Shown one piece after another: positions 1 through 11,724 of a stretch of DNA of 64,000 nt. The notes below the pieces were generated by a model. It saw only the letters and a program-made list of their open reading frames with translations. It was not told the origin of the DNA and did no database searches. This DNA comes from the human T2T-CHM13v2.0 reference genome, Homo sapiens. Every line of letters starts with the position of its first letter. The stretch's first letter is position 1. The position numbers and the translations under genes were made by a program. The stretch is from NCBI RefSeq assembly GCF_009914755.1, contig NC_060927.1; one strand, given 5' to 3'.

Positions 1-90
1 TAATGTACTTCTGTAGATTGTAAAACATCTAGTTATCACACTGTCTATGTTAGCTTGTTCCAGCTCATGATTTATTTTCATTTTTTCTAG

Positions 91-410
91 GATATAGACC
101 TGCAGCTAACTGGATTTGATTTATAAGAGAGAAATCTGCAGTCAATGCCCACTCTTGCCACACTGCTAATATGGAAAACAGAATGTTCAATAGGATATGG
201 TCTGATAAATAGTGATGATTGAAGATGCTGCTCCAATACATGTGAAATCAATGGGAGATATCTGCTGTCCGAAGATCTTTCAGAGCTTTTCTCGACAAGC
301 TCCCCTGTAAGAAATCGGAGGTATATTCTACCATTATACAGTCTTTCTCAAGTGGATATAAATACGTTTGCCTCACTGTAACCAGACAACTAGACAACTA
401 ATGTGGGACC
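91..410 (+). other. NLGN1: 5'UTR part of the 813-nt NLGN1 exon (91-903)
   Basis: Acceptor tttattttcattttttctag|G at 90/91 gives a 320-nt UTR segment before the ATG. It contains 9 upstream ATGs. Confidence 0.9.
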
Positions 411-903
411 ATGGCACTGCCCAGATGCACGTGGCCAAATTATGTTTGGAGAGCAGTGATGGCATGCTTGGTACACCGGGGATTGGGTGCCCCATTGACT
501 CTCTGTATGTTGGGATGTTTGCTTCAGGCTGGCCATGTGCTATCACAAAAATTGGATGATGTGGACCCACTGGTGGCTACCAACTTTGGAAAGATAAGAG
601 GGATTAAGAAGGAACTCAATAATGAAATTTTGGGGCCTGTTATTCAATTTCTTGGGGTTCCATATGCAGCCCCACCAACAGGGGAACGTCGTTTTCAGCC
701 TCCAGAACCACCATCTCCCTGGTCAGATATCAGAAATGCCACTCAATTTGCTCCTGTGTGTCCCCAGAATATCATTGATGGCAGATTGCCAGAAGTCATG
801 CTTCCTGTGTGGTTTACTAATAACTTGGATGTGGTTTCATCATATGTGCAAGACCAGAGCGAAGACTGCCTATATTTAAATATATATGTCCCGACTGAGG
901 ATG
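411..903 (+). CDS. NLGN1: Neuroligin-1, coding part of first coding exon (codons 1-164 plus 1 nt; signal peptide and start of the cholinesterase-like domain)
   Basis: Translation [20 protein letters not shown]...[22 protein letters not shown]...[15 protein letters not shown] matches human NLGN1 as I recall it and carries the carboxylesterase type-B motif EDCLYLNIY. Strong Kozak accATGg. Phase-1 donor ATG|GTGAGT at 903/904. Confidence 0.98.
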
Positions 904-994
904 GTGAGTTTATTGCAGGAAAAACAGGGAGATATATTTATATATTTTTTCTATTCTAAGTTCTAACAATATTAATTCATGTGTACTGGTAGTA

Positions 995-1287
995 TGCATG
1001 GCTTTTCCTGTTGGCATGTAGACATATTTTACATGCGTGCATGGTGCTCTTTTTGTTTATGTGTGTCAGTGTATCTGTACTTATTTTTTTCCTGTGCTTA
1101 CTCATTTTCTTTCCTCCACAGCACGTATATTTAGGTAGAAATGGGTTTCTAATTTCCATTTCCTACCAAATGACTTCTGAGAAGATGCATCAACATTTCC
1201 TCATTGCATGTGCAGGCTCAACGAATTGGGGATCTTTCGCACTCAGTAAATGCAGGAGCGTATTGAGTTAGATAGTGGTGTTGCATG
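995..1287 (+). promoter_or_regulatory. Cluster of RBFOX-type splicing elements in the 442-nt intron before exon A1
   Basis: TGCATG at 995, 1038, 1205 and 1282, plus GCATG at 1014. Confidence 0.7.
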
Positions 1288-1345
1288 TTCCGGCGGTCTA
1301 TGATGGAGCGCCATGTTATTTTCTAGTCTTCTATTCATTTTTCAG

Positions 1346-1405
1346 TAAAAAGAATATCCAAGGAATGTGCCAGAAAGCCCGGCAAGAAAATATGTAGAAA
1401 AGGAG
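1346..1405 (+). CDS. NLGN1: NLGN1 alternative cassette exon, splice site A insert A1 (20 aa, VKRISKECARKPGKKICRKG)
   Basis: cttctattcatttttcag|TAAAAAGA...AAAAGGAG|gtatgt; 60 nt, phase 1-1. Read after the terminal G of the previous exon it gives the known neuroligin A1 insert. Confidence 0.97.
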
Positions 1406-3572
1406 GTATGTATAAAAGTGGAAATTAAAAATGGGGGAAAAAGCTTGCAGAGGAAGAACAAGATACTCTCCCTAAGGATGATTTGCTGATGCTGGGAAGT
1501 AAATGGTTAGGTGATGTTTGGAATCTGATGAAGGCTGTCAAGGAATATAAAGGTGTTTAAGGAGAGCTCTAGCTGAGTAGATTACATTGGCAAAGCTCAT
1601 TGGTTGTGCCTTGTGTTCTGGTGCTGGTAGCATCGGCAAGAGTTGAATCTTGGCTTTGAGTTTGTGTTTAGTGGAATATGTACTTAGGCTATTATGATAC
1701 CTGCAAGGAACCAAAACAATGCTGTCTTAGGAACTGGTAACTTTGATCTCTGAACTCTTTTCTACAGATATATATTTGTGTTCCTCTTAGAATTTGATCA
1801 CTCAATCACAAATCTAGTTGTTTTGTTTATTCTCAGCATTCCATCTGAACACTCTATGGACTTTCTCATCCTAAGGATAAATTTTCCATAATTATTGAGC
1901 AATTATTATTATTAAGGTAATAGTGTTTTTTTCTTAGTCTTTTCATTTTCAGTCACTTTTCCAGAGGAGAATGAGATTTTGCAGATTTGATACTAAATAT
2001 TTACAGTCTTAAAATTACTTTAACATTTTTATATTTACGTTAAACAATTTAAAACATAGAGAAGTGCATGATTCAGAAGCTACAATTAAATCAACCTTCA
2101 AATCATCCTCTAGCCAGATTGAGCAAATGTAGACACTGACAGCTGCAAGCTTGCATCTGAATGTAGCTTGTCCACACTCCACTTTTATATAACATTCAGT
2201 AAATCACTCATAGGAGAGTATGCTTTTCTATGGCAGTAAATCATCTAAGTGTTATTTTGACCTTGTTCATAACTTTGTAGAATTTCCAATCTTCATACAG
2301 AAGTCATATTAATATTCTAATGCTGCACATTCTATCTCTCTATGCACTTCTAATATCCTGGCTGGACCAAGTCAGATTTCATTATAGCATCCTTGTGGGG
2401 CAGGGAATGTCTAAACTGTTCTGTTCTACTGGGATTGCATTTATATGGAAGACACTTTATAAATAACAAAATTCATAACTCAGTTCAGAATTATTTGCAT
2501 TAAATTGAGGGTTTTTTTGTTTGCTTTGTCTTTGCTGTTATTTCTTGGGTAATACTGGTAGAGTGGGATTTAACCTTCATTCTTTATTGATGTTATGAAT
2601 TGGGTTAAAAGCACACTATACTTAAGAAGATGGATATGGAGGCAATAAGGGTGTTTTAAATGACTAAAAAAGTCTCTTTTTTTCTGCAAATGAAAATAAC
2701 TGCCGTAATTTACATACCTTTAATTAATGTACAATACTGCAGTAGTTATTATGATGCAGCTTATCAAGCATGTGTAATTAGCTAAGTGACTTTCGCCTCC
2801 TATTACAAAGATGTTGATTCACAAAGTCATAAATAAAGATGCTATTGAAGAATGCATAGAGCATAATAAATAAAAACATGTATGATGAAGAAAAAGATAA
2901 GAGCACCAAAAGGTAAGCTAGTGAGTGAGAAAGTGACCTTTCTTCTCATACAACTTTAGAGGATAAAAGATTTATTAGAAAATTCTTTTTCATTGTTCTT
3001 TGTATTGTTGGTTCCATTTGCTTTAGTAAGAGAGTTGGCAAAGAGATGTGTAGGCAATGCTATTTACCTTCACAAACTCTGAACTAAGTAATAATTAGAA
3101 TGAGGACAACATCTATCAATGCCCACTTGAGCTTGTATGGTTTACAGTTTAAGTCTGTTGTGCTTATTCATACTATTAACTATGCATTCTAAAAATCATT
3201 TTGGCTTGGGAATTTAATATATCCAATTATTATTATTAAATACATTCTGCTCATTTATTAGCTCTTTGTACATTATCCTAAAGTCTAAATAACAAAAATT
3301 TTTGATGTAATTTTATTATATAAATAGTATTTTTAAAATAAACAAAAACTAAAGTTTAGAGTTTAGCTTTTAACTAGAGGAGTAGAAATCATTTTTCCGA
3401 ACTTTTACCTGTTTTTTTAAATTATTTTTCTACCATGAAGGGGCTATTTTGGTTATTTCAAGATACCATATTTTGGGAGTCAAGAAATTATTAGTCCCTT
3501 TATATCTGTTTATATATATACTAATATATACTGCATGTGGACTGTGAGATTTTCAGTAGAATGCCAAGAGTG

Positions 3573-3663
3573 TATAAATGATGGTTTAGGAACTGTGAGA
3601 ATAGTTGCTTTGCCAGGACTTTATGAATGATGGTTCAGGAACTGTGAGAGTGGCTGCTTTGCC
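3573..3663. repeat. Diverged direct duplication, two 42-bp copies, period 49
   Basis: 3573-3614 vs 3622-3663: 37/42 identical, all differences are transitions. Confidence 0.9.
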
Positions 3664-4264
3664 TTTTATCTAGATGCCATTAAAATCCTGTCTTGTTATT
3701 ATTTATTCTTTTATTATGTATGGATCACCTGCAGAGACAGATGGACTCCCATCCCTGAGCCAAGTACTCTATAATCTGTGCATATTGTATTCATGCAAAA
3801 CTATTTCCTAATTGCCAATTACAAGCCACATACTATTCAAGTCAGTCCTCTTCCCATAGAACTTATAATCAAACAACTTTACAAAGAGCAAAGTATTTTC
3901 TGTACTTTGTTGTGTATAAAAGAAAAGAAATCTTATCCCTCCTCCAAGAGATGTTGTTCTATAATTTTTAAATAGAGCATTTACAATATTTTCCTGCAAT
4001 TAAAGAAAAAAGCTCATTTTTATCAATAGGCTGCCTTCATTTTAAAACGGGTCCCAGTTGTACTTTTTAATCTGTTTTTTAATATTTCCCATGATAGTTT
4101 TAGCCATATGTTAATTAACCTCTAGATCTTTCTTCAGAGTTTTATCCTTACAAAATGGAAAAGAAGAATGAATTCTTAAAATGAGATGATTTTCAACACT
4201 TGAACAAACAGGCAGATAACATGATAGAAACTGGAGTTTGGTTGTGGAGAACAGACACCTGGTT

Positions 4265-4460
4265 TTATATATTAGGTGTTTTGCGTAATTTATCCATTTA
4301 ATCATCATAGCAACATTAGGAGAAAAGTATATTACTCTGTCTGTTTTTTAATTTTAAACTTTTTATCTCTATTTTACAAGTAAGAAGGTAGACTCTGAAA
4401 AGTTAGGTATTCCAACCTTACCACTGGCTGCTAGTTAGTGGTAGAGGCAAGTTTGGCCTT
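4265..4460 (-). mobile_element. MIR SINE fragment
   Basis: catttaatcatcatagcaac...attttacaagtaagaagg resembles the reverse MIR core. Confidence 0.6.
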
Positions 4461-5429
4461 AATTCTTTTTTACATTAGATAGATTTCCGTTATGTTAAAT
4501 TACCTCCTGTGATGATTTCCATAGCAGAGACTTATATCTATCCATCCTTCCTCTCTCTCTTTTTTCCTTCTTTCTTTAACACATTCAAATATGTCATGAG
4601 TTCTTTTTATTCTATCAGTTGACCGTATTTTAGACAGACTTAATGCTCACCTTAATTGAATTGAATCAAGCTAATGTTAGCAGCCAATTTCCAAAAATAT
4701 ATTCAGTAATCATTTAGTGAATACTTTAAACCTCAATTACTTTTGCGCCAATCTAATAATACCACATGCTTCTTACTGTCCAGATTAAGATCCCCACATA
4801 TTCCTCCTGGCTGCTATCAAGGAGTTGCTTTAACTTGCTTAAGTTTCCCTCTGTTTCTTTAGGTTGCTCTCCTGTGAGAGTCGCTAACAAACAAGAAAGT
4901 GGTCAAATATTAGACAGTAAACATGAGAAGGAGAAACAAAGGACCCAGAGAGGATTCACAAACACATTGTCTGGCTCATGGATTCTCTAGAGTTGTGTAG
5001 TCTTGTGTTTCTCCAGCACTTTTACTATTATTTGCATAGCTCTTCTAAGATGGATACAGAACTAATTTTCATTCCTGCACTTGTGAGACATTAACTTGCT
5101 TTTCTATTTACCCCAATTTGTATTGTGCAGAAGATTAAAATCTTTGTATATGACTCTGGTACAGTCATTTACTCTTTGAGCATTTTGGTCGTGATTTTCA
5201 AAAGTGTTTTACGTGCTCTGGTTCATGGTCTTTACCTGAGATAATATTGAATTCTTTCAAGAGCCTTTTCCACAGGTTTTTGGTTTGTCTGGTTGTCTAT
5301 TTAACATAGGGACTGATTTTTTCCTAATTTAATATGTATAACAATGACTCCTAGTACTGTCAAGGTTTTTAAGACTCTAAAAGGGGATTATATTCCAGAA
5401 TGTTCTTCCTTTTTGCTTATACATTTCTC

Positions 5430-6900
5430 ACTCATTTACTTATTCATTTGACAACTATTTATTGAGTACTTACTCTGTGCTGAGTATTGCTCTAGGTACA
5501 GAGTAAATAAAAGAAGACAAAAACCTTTCCTGCTTGTATAAAGCTTACAACCTAGTGGTAGAGACAGTTTGTAAATGATGAACACAATAAAAACTAAATT
5601 AAAAAGGTGTGAGAGGGTGAGAAATTGAAACAGAGTATGAAAGACCAAGAGTGCTGGTATGGAGAGTGAAAATAGTTAAAAATAAAATGAAGACTACCTC
5701 ATTCGAGCAAAGATCTGAAGGAGATAAAGTGAGTATCTAGAGAAAGATATTTAAGGAACAATTAGGAATATAGCAGATCTGGAAAGGGGGAAAAGAGAGA
5801 GAGACAGAATAATCTGACTTGATATTTTTAAAAAGTCACTCTGGTGGATGTATTGAGAGTAGGTTGTAGGAGAGCATGGAGAAATGGGGAGAGTAAGAGG
5901 AGGCTCCAGGTAAGACTTGGTCATGGTCCAGGCTCAAACCAGGGTAGTAACCACGGAAGTGATAGATTCTTCATATATTTTAAAGATCACATTCCTTGAT
6001 CAATTTGCTGTGGGCTGTGAAAGAAAAGAAGAAGTCAAAGAAGATTACTATGTTTTTTATCTGAATACCTGGAATAATAGATTTGCCATCAATTAAGATG
6101 GAAAGGAAGAAGGGTTAGGGGAGAAGCAGAGTACAAAAATAAGTTTAGTTTTGGACATGTTTAATTTGAGGTGACCCTTAGACATTCAAGTCAAGACATC
6201 AAAAAGCCAGTTTCTTGAACCAATATCTTGAATTAAGGTAGAGAGAAAGGTCTATGTAGAGATATAAATTTGGCAGTTACTCTAATATAGAAGGTAAAGA
6301 TTTCAAGTCATGAGCTTGAGAGAGAATAAAAGGAAGTGAATGAAGATAACAAAAGAAACAAGACAACAAGGTTTAATTTATAGGAACATTCCAACATTAT
6401 GAGGTCTGGAAGAAGAGAAGGACAGCAATGGAAACTGAGAAAGAATTATGTATGAGGTGGTAGGTAAACCAAGATTTTTTTTGTTGGCCTGGAAGTTAAG
6501 TAAGGAAAATGTCTCCAAGTGGGCATAGTGATCAACTGTGCCAAATTAACTTTTGTGGGGTGGTGTGGGTTTTACACACTGGAGTGTGTCTAAGAGAGAA
6601 TGGGTGAAGATTTGGAGTGGCCTAACATAAATAATTATTTTAAAGAGTTTTGCTTTTTAAAAAGGCATCAGAAAAATACGAGAAGTGAGGAAAATAGAGG
6701 TTGCTTTTGTTACGGTAGGTTAAGATAGAAGAAATAAAGAAATATTTTTATACAACAGCAAACGAACAATATTAAATACAGGCAAAAGATGGTAGAAATT
6801 CTGGAACAGTATCCTTCAGTAGGTGAGAAAGGTGGGATTTGCAGATTTTGAATTAAAGGAAGGAACGTGGGTAGAAAAATTAGTATGTTGCTATGCACAG
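5430..6900 (-). mobile_element. L2 LINE remnant
   Basis: Starts with the reverse L2 tail (ttcatttgacaactatttattgagtacttactctgtgc), followed by purine-rich L2 body motifs such as tttagttttggacatgtttaatttgaggtg. Confidence 0.75.
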
Positions 6901-7009
6901 TACATGAGTGTGAGTGCATGGGCAGAAGTATAGTGGGGTTCTGCTGTTATCTGATTCTTTCAATTGTTTGATGTGTAATGTTAAGGAAAATGAAGATAGA
7001 ATTAACATC

Positions 7010-7160
7010 AGTGAGATCTTCCTATGGTCTAGACATCATGGCATATTAATTTATTTGATATCGCAACAGCCTCGTGAGGTTCTCACCGTCACTTTCCAGA
7101 TGTAGAAATGGAGGAACAAAGAAGTTAAATTATCTTGCCCAAAGATTCATAATTTGTTGT
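7010..7160 (-). mobile_element. MIR fragment
   Basis: tcgcaacagcctcgtgagg...cagatgtagaaatggagg...aagttaaattatcttgcccaaag. Confidence 0.65.
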
Positions 7161-8121
7161 TGGCCAACTGTTTCCTTTGAAAGGGTTATTTTAGAATGGA
7201 GGAACTAAAACACAACAACAAAAACAGCACAAAGCAACAATAAAAATCATGTTTATATGGGATTTAAGATCACATAGAAAATGAAATTGGTGGCCAATTT
7301 GCTAGTAGAAAAATCACCACACACTGAAATAATTAAAACGCCTAGTTCACTTAGAGTTTGAAGATGAATGTAAAACTATATTGAACCAGAGATTTGGCTT
7401 CATATTTGAATTAGTAACTGTGGACAGATGTGGTTATGTCTTCTAAAAGCTAAACAGTGTAAGTTGGGACTCTGAAATGAAGTAGATCTAAAGGGCTGTA
7501 AAGTTTTAAAAGAACAACATCAGTTGTTCCATTGTTTACTGACAGACAGAGACAGTCTCCTGAAGCAGATGATTAAAAGACCATTATAGTTGTCCAATTC
7601 AATTTTTCCAAAGAATAAATACTTTTTTTCTTATAGAAACTGGGGTTGAAGTTGAAAACATTTAAGATTTATGCCACCAGCAGAAAGAGTTATGCTAGAA
7701 AATAAATTCTTGGTAAAAACTGCTATCCTTTCTCCTACCGTATGTAATATCTTTCCTTATTTATTCTTTTCACATATATGGCATTCGATGAGCTTAATAA
7801 TTAGAATGCAATGGTTTTTTTTTAAGTTGAGTTCTATATTACTCACCATTACACATTTTGTAGATAATATTCTGGTCTTTAATATCTCTCCTATGAATAC
7901 TCTTCTCCTTCTTCCTCTCCTGGCAGGACATGCTAACGTAGTTTAGGACATGGCAGAATTCGAACGTCACACCAGTATAGACGTTTGCTAGTAACAATTC
8001 CGGAGAATCATTCTGAGTTTGATCACCTTAAACTCTGGACAAGTTGTAGAAGCATAATTTCTAATCATAAATCTTCACATAGCCTTTTATAACTGGACAG
8101 AGTACTTTATGTAACACTTCT

Positions 8122-8990
8122 TGTATAAGTTGCCTAGGCTGCTGTAACAAATTATCACAAACTGTGTGGTTTAAAACAATAGGGATTTATTCTCTCAAAG
8201 TCTGGAGTCAAGAAGTTTAAAATCAAGGAGTGGGAAGGATTGGCTCTTTCTGGAGGCTCTACAGGAGTACCTCCCTGCTTTTTTCTAGTTTCCAGAGGTT
8301 ACTAATAGTCCTTGCTGTTCCTTGGCTTGTAGTTGCATCACTCCAATTTCTAGCTCTGTTGTCACATAGCTTTCTTTCCTGTGTGTCTCCCTACATCCCC
8401 ATGTCTTCATGCGGTCTTCTTACACAGGTGCTGGCCCCTAGACTTAGGGCCCTTTCTAATCCAGTGTGACCTCATCTTCATTATATTTACAAAAGCCTAT
8501 TTACAAATAAGGTCATTGTATCGGTTTGGTGAATTGCTGTAACAAAGTACCACAAACTGGGTAGCGTAAACAGCAGAATTGTTGTTGTTTTGCAGTTCTG
8601 GAGACTAACAAGTCTGATATCAGCACATGGGCATGGTTGGTTCTTTCTGAGGGCTGCGAAGAAGAATCAGTTCTGGGCCTCTCTTTGTGTCTTATCAATG
8701 GCTGTCTTCTCCCTGTGTCTCTTCACATGGCCTTCTGCCTGTGTATATGTCTGTGTTCCAATGGTCAATATTTTAGAAGGATACAAGTCATATTGGATTA
8801 TGGCACAACCTAATGACCTCAACGTAATTAATTATATCTGTAACGATCTCATTTCTAAATAAGGTCACATTTGAGGTACTCAGGTTAGGACTTTAACATA
8901 TAGAATTTTGGGGAGACACAATTCAACCTATAACTGTCACATCTGAAGGTTCAGCTGGACATAAGTTATTGAAGGACACTAAGGACATTG
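8122..8990 (-). mobile_element. MLT1-family (ERVL-MaLR) solo LTR, split by a second MLT1 LTR
   Basis: Starts TGtataagttgcctagggctgctgtaacaaattatcacaaact, breaks at aaataaggtcat (8516) and resumes gtcacatctgaagg (8936). Confidence 0.8.
8517..8935 (-). mobile_element. MLT1-family solo LTR (MLT1A/B-like), nested
   Basis: TGtatcggttt...gctgtaacaaagtaccacaaactggg...gggagacacaattcaacctataac; 5-bp TSD gtcat (8512-8516) / gtcac (8936-8940). Confidence 0.85.
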
Positions 8991-11724
8991 CCACTTTTTT
9001 CCAAACTAATCCTCAGAATGATCCCAAATGTTTCTATCATTATGTCTATTTTAAATGTTGAAAAACTATAGCTTATTGGGGTTAAATAAGTTGCCCAAGT
9101 TCACATGACTGTTAGGAGTACTGAGACTCCTATTCAAATCAAAACTCAATGTGATAGCTCCCTTTACCACGATGACCCTTCCTACAGATAATGAATTTTC
9201 TGTGCCCTCCTGAGAAGTTCTTTTAATTTGTTTTTTGGTATTTTTCTATCAAGATAGGATACGATGCATTAGTCCATATGCTTTTATAAATCCAAGTGTT
9301 TGACTTTGTGTCAACAAAATGATTCAGTTTTTTGATATATTTCTTGAATTTTAAACATTTTATCCAGATGGTTGCTTATATGCAAACATGGTTTAAGTTA
9401 AAATGAAGATCCTACCAATTTAAAACTGTAATATTATTGCTTTTCAGTTCTGTTCCATTTGTTACTTTAGGGAATTGAACAAAGTTATTTTTAAAATAAT
9501 TTTTAAGTTAAGACCTAATTCTTTGTTTACTATAATCCTATTCATTTGGTATCTATGAAATGATACCACTAAAGCAATTTAAGCATAGCTCATAATTTTC
9601 ATGAAAGCCTGTAAAATGTTGCAAAAATCAGATTTAAGCAATGACGAAAAGAAAATAAAAGGATCTGGAGTCATTGTAACCATAATTATCATTTTTAAAA
9701 GTAGAAAAATCTGATTAATGAACAGTGGTCCTAATTTTTTGGTCCCCATTGCAGGAATGAAGGAGGGAGTCTTCACTTTCCTTTTCTTCTTCTTCTTTTT
9801 TTTTTCTTGAGGCAAAGATCTTTGGAGTAGTTATTCCACTTAAAAAAAAAAAAAAAGACCATATCATCTCCTAGTCTTAGAAGCATATAAAAACATCTGC
9901 CTTTTCATCTTACAAAAGTGCTCACATTTTCTTTTCTCCAAAAGGTTTGGGGCTCCTCTTCTAGAGTCTTCTTTCTGAGTTCCCCTAATTGGAAAGTGAA
10001 AGAAGGAAGAGCAGGGGTAGAGGGATAAGTATGAGCAGGGGCAGGGGGATAAGTATGAACAGGACAGGTTGACACTAGGACAAGTAATGTAACCCTGTCG
10101 AGTAGTAGTAACTATAGCTACTCTCAGTAAAGGAAGAGGGATCCCTGGTTAAAATTATTAAAAATATATATGTGCTTCCTAATTTGGACTCCTAGGCCTC
10201 TTGGGAACAGGTATGTTCTGTGGAGGATCTCTAAAAAGAAGAATGCCTGCAACATCCTCTAACTCTCCATCCCTGCTAAGTTCCCACAAACCATCTTCCT
10301 CAGCTCACCATCTTTCTCAGCGCACCATCTTTCCTGACAATGAGCAGGCCAGGCCTCAGTTTGCAATTCTGAGCTTTCATTAAAGAGAACTGATATGTTG
10401 CTTTGGCACAGTAATTTACAAGGAGGCAGATCCTGAGGTTTCTGAGCTCCTCCAAGCTAGGCAGCCAAGCAGCCTATCAGTGCTTCTCTTGACCTATCCC
10501 CAACTTCCCACCAAAGCAAACACCCACACTCCCACACACACCCACTTGGACAGCTTCCTCATCCCTCACACATATGTATATGGAGACACCACCTACAATG
10601 GAAAGATTTCTTTCCTTTTCTTCACTTTTCTTCTCTCCTTCCTTGATTTCTTTCTTCCAGACCAAAGGGAGCTTCTGTTGCCTTATTAAAATGTTTGGAA
10701 GTCATTCATTTAAGGAATAACTTCATTTCAGTGAAAATGGAAATATTTATAAATTTGCATTCTGAGGAGAAAATATTTCCTAAAATGGCCGCTTAAATGA
10801 TTTTGTATTCCAACTGACTCTGAAAGGCCAGAGATGAGTTGTTTTTTTTTCTTCTGTATTTATTTTATGAAATTCTTTGGCCACCTCCGCAGTTTAGCAA
10901 AGGGTGTTCTTATAGGGGTAGAGGGGAAGAAAACATAAAACTTTGTATAATATTTACTGGGGCCTCAGACTATCATCAGGTAGAAACTTTGACTATTGCA
11001 AGTGGTGCTTTTATCAATTAATTGATTGATTGATTGTTATTCTTTTTGGTGTTGTTGCTTTGCTGGTGTTGTGTCCTGGAGGCCCTGCCTCAGGTTTCCC
11101 AGTTTGGCTGTTTCCTGTCTCTCTCAGCCATGGCCTACTATGGACAAAGTGCCCCATCTGGCACTTTGGGAAAGAGATGTTCTTTGCCCTCAGAGGGTTT
11201 ATTTACATTGCAAGAAAAACCTCAGTAACAAGAAATAGGGCTTTTTTTGTTGATGTCCGTGTCAATATTACTAAGTAAATGTAAGTTTGATATGTATTAA
11301 AATCTCCAAAAAACAAAATGAGGAAATAGCTGCTTCTGTAAAGAAAGAAAAGGTAATGATGCTGATATTTGGCACTGTGTTCCCCATAATAAAACATTTA
11401 ATTAAATCTTTAAACTGTGTATAGAGCACAAAATATGCACATCAGAATAAAACACATCAGGCATAACCAAAACTATAATTATATCAGCCCTGTTGCCTGA
11501 GCCCACCTTAGTTGCTCTGCCAAGAAGCAATGGTTTAAAACTTTCCATCCATCTGTTTTTTTTTTTTTTTTTAAAGCCTAAAGTGTACCTATACAAATCT
11601 CTTTAAAGCTGGGGAATGCTTTGGCTACTGATACAACAGCTGCTGGATTACAGGCTGTTGCTTCCAGAAGTAAAAATGAACAGCTGATGTTCTAGGGCTT
11701 TTTTCTCACTTTTGTTGGAAGTCT

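Larger units (their letters stand above)
91..903 (+). ncRNA. Single-exon circular RNA circNlgn (813 nt), template of Nlgn173
   Basis: Joining 903 to 91 reads G|GA TAT AGA CCT GCA GCT AAC TGG ATT TGA = GYRPAANWI*, 164+9 = 173 aa, matching the reported circNlgn-encoded Nlgn173. Circularisation itself is literature knowledge, not visible in DNA. Confidence 0.8.

Noticed and set aside
904-959. ORF-track extension of NLGN1 to 182 aa ([18 protein letters not shown])
   Set aside because: Read-through past the consensus donor at 903/904 into the intron; neuroligin similarity ends at PTED.
904-1345. NOVA YCAY cluster near exon A1
   Set aside because: I count about 7 YCAY in 442 nt, which is about the chance expectation.
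8122-8935. Two similar LTRs as the ends of one provirus
   Set aside because: No internal sequence; the second LTR has its own TSD and sits inside the first.
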